Source of the DNA: Eledone cirrhosa
Taxonomy: Eukaryota
NCBI GenBank assembly: GCA_964016885.1
Contig: OZ024740.1
Span: 82,336,001-82,400,000, forward strand
Direction: 5' to 3'
DNA length: 64,000 bases
Shown one piece after another: positions 32,251-44,771 of this stretch. The notes below the pieces were generated by a model, which saw only the letters and a list, made by a program, of their open reading frames with translations, did not search any database and was not told the DNA's origin. Positions within the stretch are counted from its first letter, which is position 1. Every line of letters begins with the position of its first letter. A program made the position numbers and the translations under genes.

Positions 32251-32984
32251 GTTTCGTAAATATTAGAAGTCCTTCACCATATTCTTGTCTTTATTTCCAC
32301 ATTTACAGAGGTATATATGGAACGAAGAAGGATTAGTATTTACATGTTCATTATTTCTGGTGTAGAGGACTCGAATTGCCCGGCTCCCATACTAAACTAC
32401 ACACGGCATATGCTCATAGGCAATAGTTAGTGTTGCATATGGGGATTTCCTAAAATAGTGCGTATTTTCCCAGCTGTGGAGTTGATTTTAAATTGGAATC
32501 TCTGCTGGGTGAGTTAAAAATTGACCTGTTGAATATCAAGACCCTACCACTAGATGTCCTCGTGTATATCTCCAGTGGGGTTCTCGTCTTGTTTAGGGCC
32601 TTTAAGTAAGCAACAGTTTTTAAGTGGTTTCGCTTTCTGCGTTTGTGTTTACTGTGACGCATTTTATTTTTGAAAGTTTCCAACATCTTCCGGATCTTCC
32701 TGGTTCGTGTGGCTACGATTATGGTGTGCTGTATCTGTTTCGTATAATGCATGAATTCGATTGTGATGTACCCTTTTTGAAAATGTTAATTACGGCAGAT
32801 ATATACTGGGAGATCAGGCTCCTGCAAGCAGCTTTGCGGTGGATGCTAGTGTTGCACTTCTTTTCTCTATGTCTTTCCATTAACTAAATAGGTATATATA
32901 TCGAACTAGTCCAATGTTATTTGACACCATTACTAGTTTCAAACGTATGAAATGTTGTCATATTGACGTTATTTCTATATCAAA

Positions 32985-33166
32985 ATAATTGTTTCTACTT
33001 TTGGCACAAGGCCAGCAATTACCTATTGTATTACTGGTATTTTATTTTATCGACCCCGTAAGGATGAAATGCAAAGTTAACCTCGGCGGGATTTGAACTC
33101 AGAATGGCAAGGTCCGTAACTCTATGTGTCAAAGCATGTGTCCGACCCTCTGCCGATACTGCCAAT
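32985..33166 (-). mobile_element. SINE family A copy with TSD
   Basis: rc of the 6815 family; TATATCAAAATAAT on both sides. Confidence 0.85.
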
Positions 33167-34687
33167 ATATCAAAATAATAATAAGTAATAACTTCTCTAC
33201 CAACATATTAGCTACATTATTTAACTTTGTATCTCTTCCAATTTTATAATGTATAAGTGACTGGCTACAATATACAAAGTCTGGAAACATGATAATTTCA
33301 TTTTTTGGCGGGGCGGGGTGGGCTGCTTGGAACGTAATTCCTGCATAGTTACAATGTCATAACCTGTCAATTTCAGAGCGTTTGCTATGAAAAATGTAAT
33401 TCAATGTTTTCTACGATATATACAGGTAAATATTGCTAACCAATTTCAGACAGAACAAGCAATACGTAGCAAATGTTCATGTTAAATTAAATGTCAACAT
33501 ATCAAGCCAATGCTCGGCGTAGCATTGGAATGTACGCTCACAAAACCATTCTGGTTTCAAAAAAAGGCGTTTACATGCATAATATATAAGTTAACGGTTG
33601 ATTGTTCCCAGATAGCTTAATATATGAAAATAAGTTATATTTTAATAAACATAATGTTCACAATGTTTAATTTTCTATATCAAATCATGATCCAATTAAA
33701 AATAATTACAAATGCGTGTAATTACACGAATCACTGCGATACAAATGTCGAGAGTAAAAGGAAAACATAAACATTTGGGATACTCAATGACTACATGAAG
33801 TGGAGTGAAAATACGATAGGAAATGTATAATATTACTCAATTATGCCGTTTAAACTTCGACCTGCGTCAGTGAAGCAGCATTCGATAAAAGAAGTTGGTT
33901 TTGCGCCTGTTAAAATTCTGTTAAACATAGGTACGTGACGTGCAGAATGGAAAACGCTGTAGGACCCAACATTTTAGAAACTAAATTAAAATCCACTTCA
34001 AATATCTTCTTAGATTTGATTGAAAACAATCAAATATAAGTTTCCTTCTCTTTCTATCATTGAAAAACCCAAAGAGAATGGAACAAGCAAATTAACACGA
34101 AGATTTCTAGTTTCCAACCTTACCGATGTAGAAAAGCATGAAGTGCATTAATTACGGATGCTACTCATTCTATGCAAAATCAGAAATGGTGAATATTTTT
34201 CTAAATATACTTGTATCAAGCAGTCAACATTAACAGTCTGCTATTACCTTATACATTGATGACATTTGCTTGATGGGGCGATGCTACAGTATGTGGTAAT
34301 ATATGCGAAATGTGATCTCGCAATCATATATTGATGGCTGTCGCACTATAAACATGAATGAAAATATAGGCATGCGATTCATTAAACAATTAAATGCTAT
34401 GATATTACTCCCACACATATTCTTACGATAGGCAATACACTTTTGTTATCAAATTTATACAAACAATAAAATAAATAAAAACGGATGCATAAGATTGTCG
34501 CAATTAAGTTCAAATAGAAATCAAAAGATACAGTATCCAACCACAGGGTATATGTTTAAAGGAGACGCCAATTATATCGCACTCAATTTATAGATATGAA
34601 ATTTTACTTCGTGTAACTTTAATAAAATTAAAAAAATATATTTTGACTTTACACTTTCAATGAACTAACGCATTTCTTCTTCTTCTT

Positions 34688-34718
<31 letters not shown>

Positions 34719-36030
34719 GAGACGTTGTAAACTTACATACGCATTTTCATGAGGGTACTATCAAAATCAAACCTCTCCAAATGATCCGGCTGAGTCTGCC
34801 GGCCCTTCGAACTAACTCACTTACTGCCGATTTCAGTCGGGACCGTATTTTTGGGTCATTTCATAGAATTTATAAATTGTAAATAGAGAATTTGGCTTTT
34901 ACACATTTTTGCGATGATCAATTATTGAAGTTGGCGCATTGTTATACAACCTGCTGCAATGCTTGAATCTGATTAAGAAATACTGCGAAAACAGTGCAGA
35001 GATACATGCGATATTTCACATATCACTCCTGTTCATAACCTTATAAACAGGAGAGGTAAAAATACGCACCATTGGCAAAGTGAGACGCCAATCTAGAAAG
35101 ATGTTCAGTTATCACGGTTTATGTGAACAAAAATTTGGCCACCATGAATGTGTTTTAAATAATCCCCAACATTATAAAAAAAGAAACTACATAATACTCG
35201 TATGCAAATGGGTTAAATGGAAATAACGATCTGTAAATTTGTTTGTTAGAAATATTTTCATAACTCAAAGATGTAAATAATCGTTTCAAATTCTATTACT
35301 CTTATGTATTAAACAAACCACCGCAGTTGCAGTTTTCTGCTAGTGACATAAAATGATTGCATGTGTTTCATTATACAAATTTACGATAAAGTATAATGAC
35401 ACGTTTAAGCTGCAAATGATATGACCTTGGTTTATGTAATTTAAAACCATATTATTTATTATTAACAAAATTGTGACACCGGAACGCGATTTTAGAAATA
35501 TAGCATATTAATCAGAGAGAATGGGGGTCAAGATTATATAGATCAGCTCAATGTCTTCGATAAAATGCGAATTTTGTCCAATTTCGATTAAAATATTTAA
35601 AAAAAAAATATTTACAGATGCATCATAGTTTTAATTTTGTGACTGTACAGTGTAGTGTATCGGTTATAATAAAAAATACACTTACTTTCTTGGCGTGAGC
35701 AATATATAAATTGCAACGAAATATTCAGTAAAGTTTTAGCTAGTTTAATAGAGTACATGTATTTACAGAATACAGAAAACCATGTGGAAATAAGCTGAGA
35801 AATTCGCGTACAGAACTCTATATTGTGAAGTGCAGTCACCCATAACAAGAGCAACACAAATACACGTACAAACAAATATCAGAGAAATATGAATATATTT
35901 ATAACTATTTTGACTCTGATCGATAAGAAGCAAGAGTATATTTGAATATAAATATATAAATGAGAAAACCCATCGCTAGAACAGCCGTTAAAACAACACA
36001 AATGCACACACATGCACACAGACACAGACA

Positions 36031-36117
<87 letters not shown>

Positions 36118-36897
36118 GGAGAGAGAAAAGGGTAAGTTTGAAATAGCACGGAAAATATATTTTAGGGTCTGTTTTTATTTATTTTTTCCTTTCTTTGATT
36201 CGTAAAAGTGACATTATTGAAAAGATGAGAGGGACAGTCCTTTCAAAAAAGAGTTTTATAATGTATATAAAATATATATAATATTACCGATTACGATGAA
36301 TTATTAAAATTCATCTTCTCAAATGTTGAGTATTAAAATTAAAAAGAATTACTAAGAATTAAAAACTAAAAATTAAAGATTTAAAATTAAGAGGTAAGTT
36401 TTTTACATCTCTCTTGTTGAGGAGAAGACTGGAAAATGAACTCTTGTGTATAGAGAGAGGGGTGTAGCCATAAATTAGCAGCAGCATTGGTGGTAGGTGT
36501 GTTTCTTAACAGGACAAAATTGTTTTGGGGGACAGAGGAAATATTCTGTAAATATGTTCGTGTATCTCAATTGTGTTAATGGATTGGTCAAGACTTTAGA
36601 TGGGGGTTGTAAGCTAGAGACAAATTCTATGGCAACAGTAGGGTTGTAAAAGAAATTTTATTTTTGGAATATGGTTTTAGGGAGTGTGTGTAGTGTGAGA
36701 GTGTATATATAAACATATATACATGTGTGTGTGTGGGGGGGGGGGGAATAATGTCACTTTGACGAATAAAAGAAAAGAAAGAAAAAAGAAAAACAGACGC
36801 TAAAATATATTTTCCGTGCTATTTCTAACTTCACCTTTTCTCTATAACCACTGTTTTGTATAGAACCTTACTTCCCTTTTGTAACACACACACACAT

Positions 36898-36934
<37 letters not shown>

Positions 36935-37118
36935 GTAATAATTGTTTCTACTTTAGGCACAATGCCAGCAATTAACCAGTGCATTACTGGTACTTTATTT
37001 TATCGACCCCGTAAGGCAAAGTCAACTTCGGCGGGATTTGAACTCAGATCGTAAAGGGACGTAACTATGCTGGAAAGCATGGCGCCCGACCTTCTACCGA
37101 TACTGCCAATCCACTGCC
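36935..37118 (-). mobile_element. SINE family A copy
   Basis: rc of the 6815 family; TATAGTAATAAT on both sides. Confidence 0.85.
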
Positions 37119-37308
37119 TGTATATATATATATAGTAATAATAATAATATTTATATTTATATATGAGTTATATACATTTATAAATATGAAAGCAATAATG
37201 TTGATGATCACTCAAGATCACACCGTACATCACTCAACTCATTCAATATGAAAGTGTAGTACTAAGTACTATCCAATTACCAGTAAGAGAAAAAGCTCAA
37301 TATTTTGG

Positions 37309-37345
<37 letters not shown>

Positions 37346-37657
37346 TACAGAGAGAGTGAGAGAGAGGGTAGAAGAGATATAGAGAGATAGAAAGAGAGAA
37401 AGAAAGCTAGAGAGAGAGGAGAGATAGAAAGAAAGAGAACGAGATAATATTTTTTCCCCTTGAATGGATAAAATGCTAAATTGTTTGACTTGGGTGGGAT
37501 TTGAAAGAGAGCCAGGACATATATAATGTATAATCATATGCCGACGCTATTAATGGGGTTAGATATCGTTAACAATGATGCAGGTTTTTCTTGTCTTTCA
37601 ATAAATGTTATTCGATTTTATGTACATATCCTAATACCGGTGGTCATATATATGAAC

Positions 37658-37960
37658 ATAATAATTGTTTCTACTTTTGGCACAAGGCCAGCAATTACCC
37701 AGTGCTTTACTGGTACTTTATTTAATCGACCCCATAAGGATGAAAGCAAAGTTAACCTTGGCGGGATTTGAACTCAGGATGGAAAGGGCCGTAACTCTTT
37801 GAGTTAAAGCATGCTGTCCGACCCTCCACCGATACTGCCAATCCACAGCCATAATAATTGTTTCTACTTTAGGCACAAGGCCAGCAATTAACCAGTTCAT
37901 TACTGGTACTTTATTTTATCGACCCCGTAAGGATGGAAGGCAAAGTCAACCTCGGCAGCC
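37658..37960 (-). mobile_element. Two tandem SINE family A copies (full plus 5'-truncated)
   Basis: ATAATTGTTTCTACTTT tail at ~37661 and ~37854. Confidence 0.82.
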
Positions 37961-39519
37961 ATAATAATGATATTGAAAAAGAAATCTTTAAATTCAAAAT
38001 CACGAAGGTTGATATCGTGTAGAACGTATTTCGGGAAATCAATATTTTTCTTTTGACATCGGATATTGATTGGTACACATGGCACAATGCATTGTAGAAA
38101 ATACAACTTCTACTTCGCTGTGTATCTCACTGAATATTTAGCAGGTGTCATTGCTATGTAATAACGAATACTCCCAGAAGTTTAAATCTCAATTGAACTC
38201 TCCTGTCAGGTTGTTTTGGTTTGCTTATATAATAACTTTTACATATCGCTCTGCGATATGGACTTTTCTTTCTTAAAAGAGACAGGATCTCAAATAGATA
38301 TATCTTGCTTTAATTGGTGTTACACCTATCCTGCTAGCTTATTAGCTTTTACTCAAATTTGAATCTTAAAAATAATTATAAAACTGCTATATATAAACCT
38401 TAAAAATAAATATAAAACTGCTATATTTCATACATGTGATTTTAATTTGAAAATAATTCTCATTTCATTCCTTCAACTATGACTTGTATAAATTATAAGT
38501 AATCGGGAACTTAAATGAATTAAAAAAAAACAAATATAAATATATCGTTCACGGAATTTATAGCTTAATGCGATGTATCTTTGCTATATACTTCGATTGC
38601 TCTCCTCGCGCATCATATTCACATAATTATCAATACAGTTACATCATTTTGTAAATTAGGAAAGTAATCATATTAAAATCGTTTCAGAGCTGAACTATTT
38701 TATGTGTTGTGAATTACAAACATATCCATTTCTATATAATTACGCCAGAAATTATGAAAATTATACTTACATAGAACTTAAATAAAAGGATTGTCGAATT
38801 TCTTATTCTCATAGTTATCAAACATTTCTCTTGGATTGAAGAGTAATGAAGAAATTGTAACCGCATTTAATCTTTAAGAAATTGATTGATTTTTAATGAA
38901 TTCAAATATTCTTTTTAACTCATTGTATTACATCTAATTTCTGATCAGTTTACATAATGTTTCTCAAAAGGATCTGTATCCCTTCGTTAAGCGCCTTTAT
39001 GAAAATGTCATGAATACTTTTTTTAAATGAAACTCGAATAATATAACAACTATATTCCATTTTATAAAAGCAATATTGTCATTTTATATCAGCTGAATCC
39101 TCTATTACAGTGGTCAAACAAATTCCATCATTCCATATTTGAATGTGAGGCAAAACCAGAATTATTTCATCCAACGTGTTTTTTTCTTATATGTAGCAAG
39201 TCCAGACATACGGTAGAGCATTACAACTTGGCTCGTACTACGTGTAACGTGTTGTCATGGATTGTTTGAAGCACAAACGTTGCGTATCAGCAGAAACGGT
39301 TGTGAAACTCATTCAGATTGTTTATTTAACTTTAGACACATTGATTGTTAGAGGCAGCCGGCGAATAGGGAGATTGATTACAATGTCAGGTAGAATACCA
39401 TAGAAACGGCATATCACAAGCTGGCTCTCATAGGAGTTACGGGACGATACATACACTGTTGGAGACAAAAATATGAATCGTTGAATATATATAATTTAAG
39501 GCTATCGTAATAGTATTAT

Positions 39520-39710
39520 CGGTGGATTGGCAGTATCGGTAGAGGGTCGGACGCCATGCTTTGCAAGCAAAGAGCTTCGGCCCTTTATGGTCTGAGTTCA
39601 AATTCCGCCGAGGTTAACTTTGCCTTTCATCCTTACGGGGTAAATAAAATAAACTACCAGTTATACACTGGGATAATTGGTGGCCTTGTGCCAAAAGTAG
39701 AAACAATTAT
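39520..39710 (+). mobile_element. SINE family A copy
   Basis: CGGTGGATTGGCAGTATCGG..GAGTTCAAATTCCGCCGAGG..GTAGAAACAATT. Confidence 0.85.
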
Positions 39711-41669
39711 ATAAGGAAGCGCTAAGCCTTTCTGTTCATAGGAGTAAAGTTACAGGCAGAAGTAATGTTATTTTATTGAAATTTGTTTTCATTCTCGAAC
39801 TTTTCTTTTGTCATTGTTATGAAATAGGAAAAGTGTGTAAAAGACCCCCTCTTTCATTAATGTATTTCAATGTATTCACATATGTATTAACATAATTTCG
39901 TCAGCAAAGTAATGCCTAAAATATTTAATTCATATTCTTATTAATGTCAATCTAAAAGCAAAGTGACTGCTCTAAATATATTTTGTAGAAATGGGAAAGA
40001 CAGTTTTTATGAAATCAAAATGAACGTCATGTATTACATGTGCAATATTAAAACCTCAAGGTTTTAGGTAAATTTAATCAGCTGGAAATAAATGACAAAT
40101 GGAAAGTGCTTCACTTACAGTTTTTCATTTATTTATATAGGAACAGTATTATGTTCTTCCTTTTTTTCTGTATAACTCCTGTCTTTTAACGTCAATTGTT
40201 CATTTAAACGTTTCTCTATCTATATATTGATTGTTCCGTCTCCAGCATATTATAGTTATAGGGAGAGTATTAGTTTTCGCATTTACCTGTATTCTCTAGT
40301 CTCTCTTTAAAGTCTTAACCTATGCCTAAATTTAAATGAATAATGTTTATATATCCTATAAAAACATTAGTTAAACTGCAGTAATGTGTTGGTCCAGCGT
40401 AAATAGCCATTCTCTGAATTTGTATATCGGTTACGACAACATATTCCATAGGTCGGCATATGGAAATCGTTGAGTGCATTATATGAGGGGATTGTCATTT
40501 CGGCGTTTATGAGGACACACATCACTGAATGATTAGAAAATACTGAGTATAACATGTTGGGCAGAACAATTAAGTATCTATGAATGTTTTTAGTTGTGAC
40601 GGGAAAATTCGTTGTGAGAGCTATAGTATTTAAAAAGATGGTAAAGGTTAAGATGCAAAGCTTTTAATGTGTTGTAATTGTTGTATGTAATTGAAGACAA
40701 CCAGTAGGTTTCGTTTAAATTAAAACTAAAATATATATAGATATTTATTTATATAGAAAGATATCCATATCTACATCACTGCAACATCGGATAGTTTTAC
40801 TAATAAAATTCATAAATGACCAGAAATGTAATAGTAGGGAATTATTTTAAGGTTGATAGGAGGCAGATTATATATGGAATTCTGATTTCAAAATTATATA
40901 TGTGACCGATAATGAAATTACATTGTGTTTCTAGTATGTTGAAATACAAGAAAATGCTGAGAGATATAAATGCATGAGTGGAGTATATATAAAGTACTAT
41001 AAAATGTGTGATTAAAATAATTTTGGAAAAAGCAACAGAGTGTAAGTAAAGACCAAATGGTGCCAACGAAGGTAAAATAAGAGAAATCAAAATCAAAATT
41101 TATAATTGTAAATTATATATAATATGGTTGGGAGCCTTGTTTAAATTAAATAAATAAATTGAGGGGGATGGTAATTGGAAGTTGGATCTCAGATAACATC
41201 ATGGCAATTCAAATAATTTCAATTAAACGAGGTAACAGATCCAAAATTATTATAAAATATGAGGAAAGAATGTAAAATGTTGGCCTACCTTCTTTATTTA
41301 CATTGGTTTTCATTCCATTATTTCTAAGTAGTTTACCAGAAACTTTTCTAATCACAAGGATATATATTTTACGAAATATTTTAATGTTTAAAATTGAATA
41401 GCTTAAAAAATTTCAATTGTTTCTGATGTGAAAACATTTAAAACAGAGAATCAATATATATTATTCATAGATTAGAAAACACATTGTTTATAATTTCGTT
41501 AAATACATTTTCTAAAGATAGCAACATTTACAATGTTACTTAAGAAAAAACGATTCAAAAGCATATCACACATAGTCATGATGAGTAAGAATTCTTACTA
41601 CATGGTTTCCTTTGATATAAGCAGTACACCTGTATATATATATGTATATATATACATATGATACAGGAT

Positions 41670-41822
<153 letters not shown>

Positions 41823-42210
41823 AATATACACACATATAAATATATCTACGTACAAAAGCCAATAAAATAGGAAATAATAACTATGTATATACAAAGAAAC
41901 GGAAATTGTAATGATGGCATAAATGCATTTAAATATATACAAACGTAAAAAATATTAATAGCAAAACATATAGACATGCATATATCTACAGGCACATACA
42001 TATTCACATTCCCTACAATTTCATATATTCACTTGGTTACGATATATACACATGTGCAGAAGGGCATATGTATGTATGTGTTTGTATGTGCGGTGAAGAT
42101 ACACACGTGTATGATTGTACACGATCATTTTAGAGCGATGTCTGTATGGCTTACATTGTAGGAGCAATCATTAACTAGGTGAGGCATCAAAACAACACAA
42201 ATATAATCTT

Positions 42211-42328
<118 letters not shown>

Positions 42329-42329
42329 C

Positions 42330-44462
42330 ATAATGGCATACCACCCTTGTATGGGCTCCGCAAAGACCACAAGACAGTCTACGACCCGACGACAGAACTA
42401 CCAACAAGACCCGTATGCGGAGCAAATATAGCTAGCAACTACAGGATCTCCTACTTTCTCCCAATGGTTATACGCCCCATAATCAATATGTCCCCAGATG
42501 TATGTGACAGTACAGAGGATATCCTCAGCAGAATCAGTGATTGCAACAAAAACAGGAACCTATCCAACTGCATAATAGGCAGCATGGATGTGGTATGACT
42601 GTACCCATCCATTAACATTGATTTTGCTGTGGAAAAATGTGTGGAGATGATCATTGAGAGTGAGGTGGAGTTCTGCGACGTCAACACAGGCGAACTGGGC
42701 CTCCTACATAGACTTACCTACGACACTGACTACCTAGACAGCCATGACCATAGACGATTCTGCCCCAGTAGACCCATAAGAGGTATACCCCCACCATACC
42801 TCAATGGCAAAAAAGACTCCCATGGGAAGGTGGATTGGGTGGACCAAAGCTATACGGACCCCCCAAAGCAATGATCAGGTAAGAAAAATGTCGCACATGC
42901 AATAGGGGCTATTATCCAAACAGCCTAACAATAGAATACCTGTATTAGACACGGAACTCTGGATTAACACTATAGACGAGAGAGCCCAAATTCTCCACTC
43001 ACACTATGCTAAACCCATGGCCTCCAAATACATGATACTCACAAACTGAGCAATGTCCAGTAGGGCTAAGTTTAATATTCTGATCGCAGATTTGGTACGA
43101 GTGATGAAGAACGTGTCCCGCATGTGCGACCCAACAGAAATGGAAAATATACATCCAACACGTCATCAACCGCATGCAGTTCTCTGGCTACAACCAAAGA
43201 GAGAGAATCAGAATATACGAAGAAGGAGCCACGGAGAAGTATAAGACCCTCATAGAACTGGACATGAAAGTAATTTGCCCATTATACAGGAGCAAATGAT
43301 GGAATAGCTTAGATAGGGCTAGAGATAAGTTAGGGAAAGCCACATCATGGTACAACAACCAGAGATACAAAAGTGTGATGGTTGCGGACGCTACCCCTGG
43401 GGGGAAATTAGCTAACCAGTGTTGAAAGGCCCTGAGAAAGACCCACTTAAAGAAAAAGGTGGTAGAAAAGCCAGGAACCACCATAAAATCCCTGATCAGC
43501 AAAACATACCCTTTTAAGAAACCCACTGTACTAATAAGAAATGTATCATATGTAAAGTGAACCCCCGGATAAACTGTAAAACTAGAAACGTAGTCTATAG
43601 TATAAGATCTACAGAGGGTACTTGCAGAAACATGACAACAACATACATAGGCGAGACAGCTCGTAGCATAGGTGAAAGGATAGACCAACACTGGGGGAAA
43701 CTAAAAGGACGAAAAAACGGTTCAGTACTATACGAACATGCCAGACAACAGCACGACGGTAGCATAGACAACATAGAAATTAGAATAATATCTAAACATA
43801 GAAATGACCCAGCAGATAGGTAAATCAGAGAGGCCAGTGAAATAGAACTTAGAAGGCCAAGGCTAAACAGAAAAATGAAATGAATAACAACAGCCAAACA
43901 AACAACACTGACCTAAGAGAAGTATAAATAATTAAATAAATAGATAAATAAATACATACACAATCACAATAACAACAAACACATATAAACACACACTAGT
44001 AAAGATAGAATACATTAACCAATACACAGTCACCCAAACACGAACACACATCAAACAAAACACTATACACACACGCAAACGCATGCGCAAAAAAGATAAA
44101 AAAATAAGCAAATAAATAAATATATAAACAGACTAAATAAAGATGGCGTAGACATACAATGCAACGAGAGGAAACAATAGCACCACTGACGATGTTGCAG
44201 ATGTGCAACGAAAGAACTTTGATAGACTATATATATGTGTTTGTGTCTATATTGTATCTGTATTTTTGACCGTTGGTCAGTCAATGGCAACATTGAGGAC
44301 CGAATAAATTAAATTAACTGATATAAAAGACACAGAAGCGAAAAGCCAAAACCAACCAAACAGTGAGTGTGTTCTGTTATTAATTCTGGCAATATGACCC
44401 TCCCCAAGTATAACAATATTTGTTTCGACACACGATTTCATATCAAAAACCTCGCAAAACTA
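42330..44462 (+). mobile_element. Penelope-like retroelement (probably Neptune-type), 5'-truncated, RT core deleted, with 3' pLTR
   Basis: [32 protein letters not shown]; GIY-YIG NCKTRNVVYSI..YIGETARSIGERIDQH; (TA)n at both ends; hammerhead at 44181. Confidence 0.88.
44181..44225 (+). ncRNA. Hammerhead ribozyme motif in PLE pLTR
   Basis: CA-CTGACGA-T-GTTGCAgatgTGCAAC-GAAA-GAAC-TT-TG; helix I partly decayed. Confidence 0.7.
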
Positions 44463-44506
44463 ATATATATATATATATCATGTATGTATATATATATATA
44501 TGTATG

Positions 44507-44608
<102 letters not shown>

Positions 44609-44647
44609 ACGTATATTTATATATATATATATATATATACATATACA

Positions 44648-44722
<75 letters not shown>

Positions 44723-44723
44723 G

Positions 44724-44769
<46 letters not shown>

Positions 44770-44771
<2 letters not shown>

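Noticed and set aside
32450-32752. Possible decayed PLE fragment (LIFNRSIFNS)
   Set aside because: Single short motif only
39190-39480. GC-richer unique patch as host exon (also 23100-23320 and 50100-50280)
   Set aside because: No convincing open frame or recognisable protein
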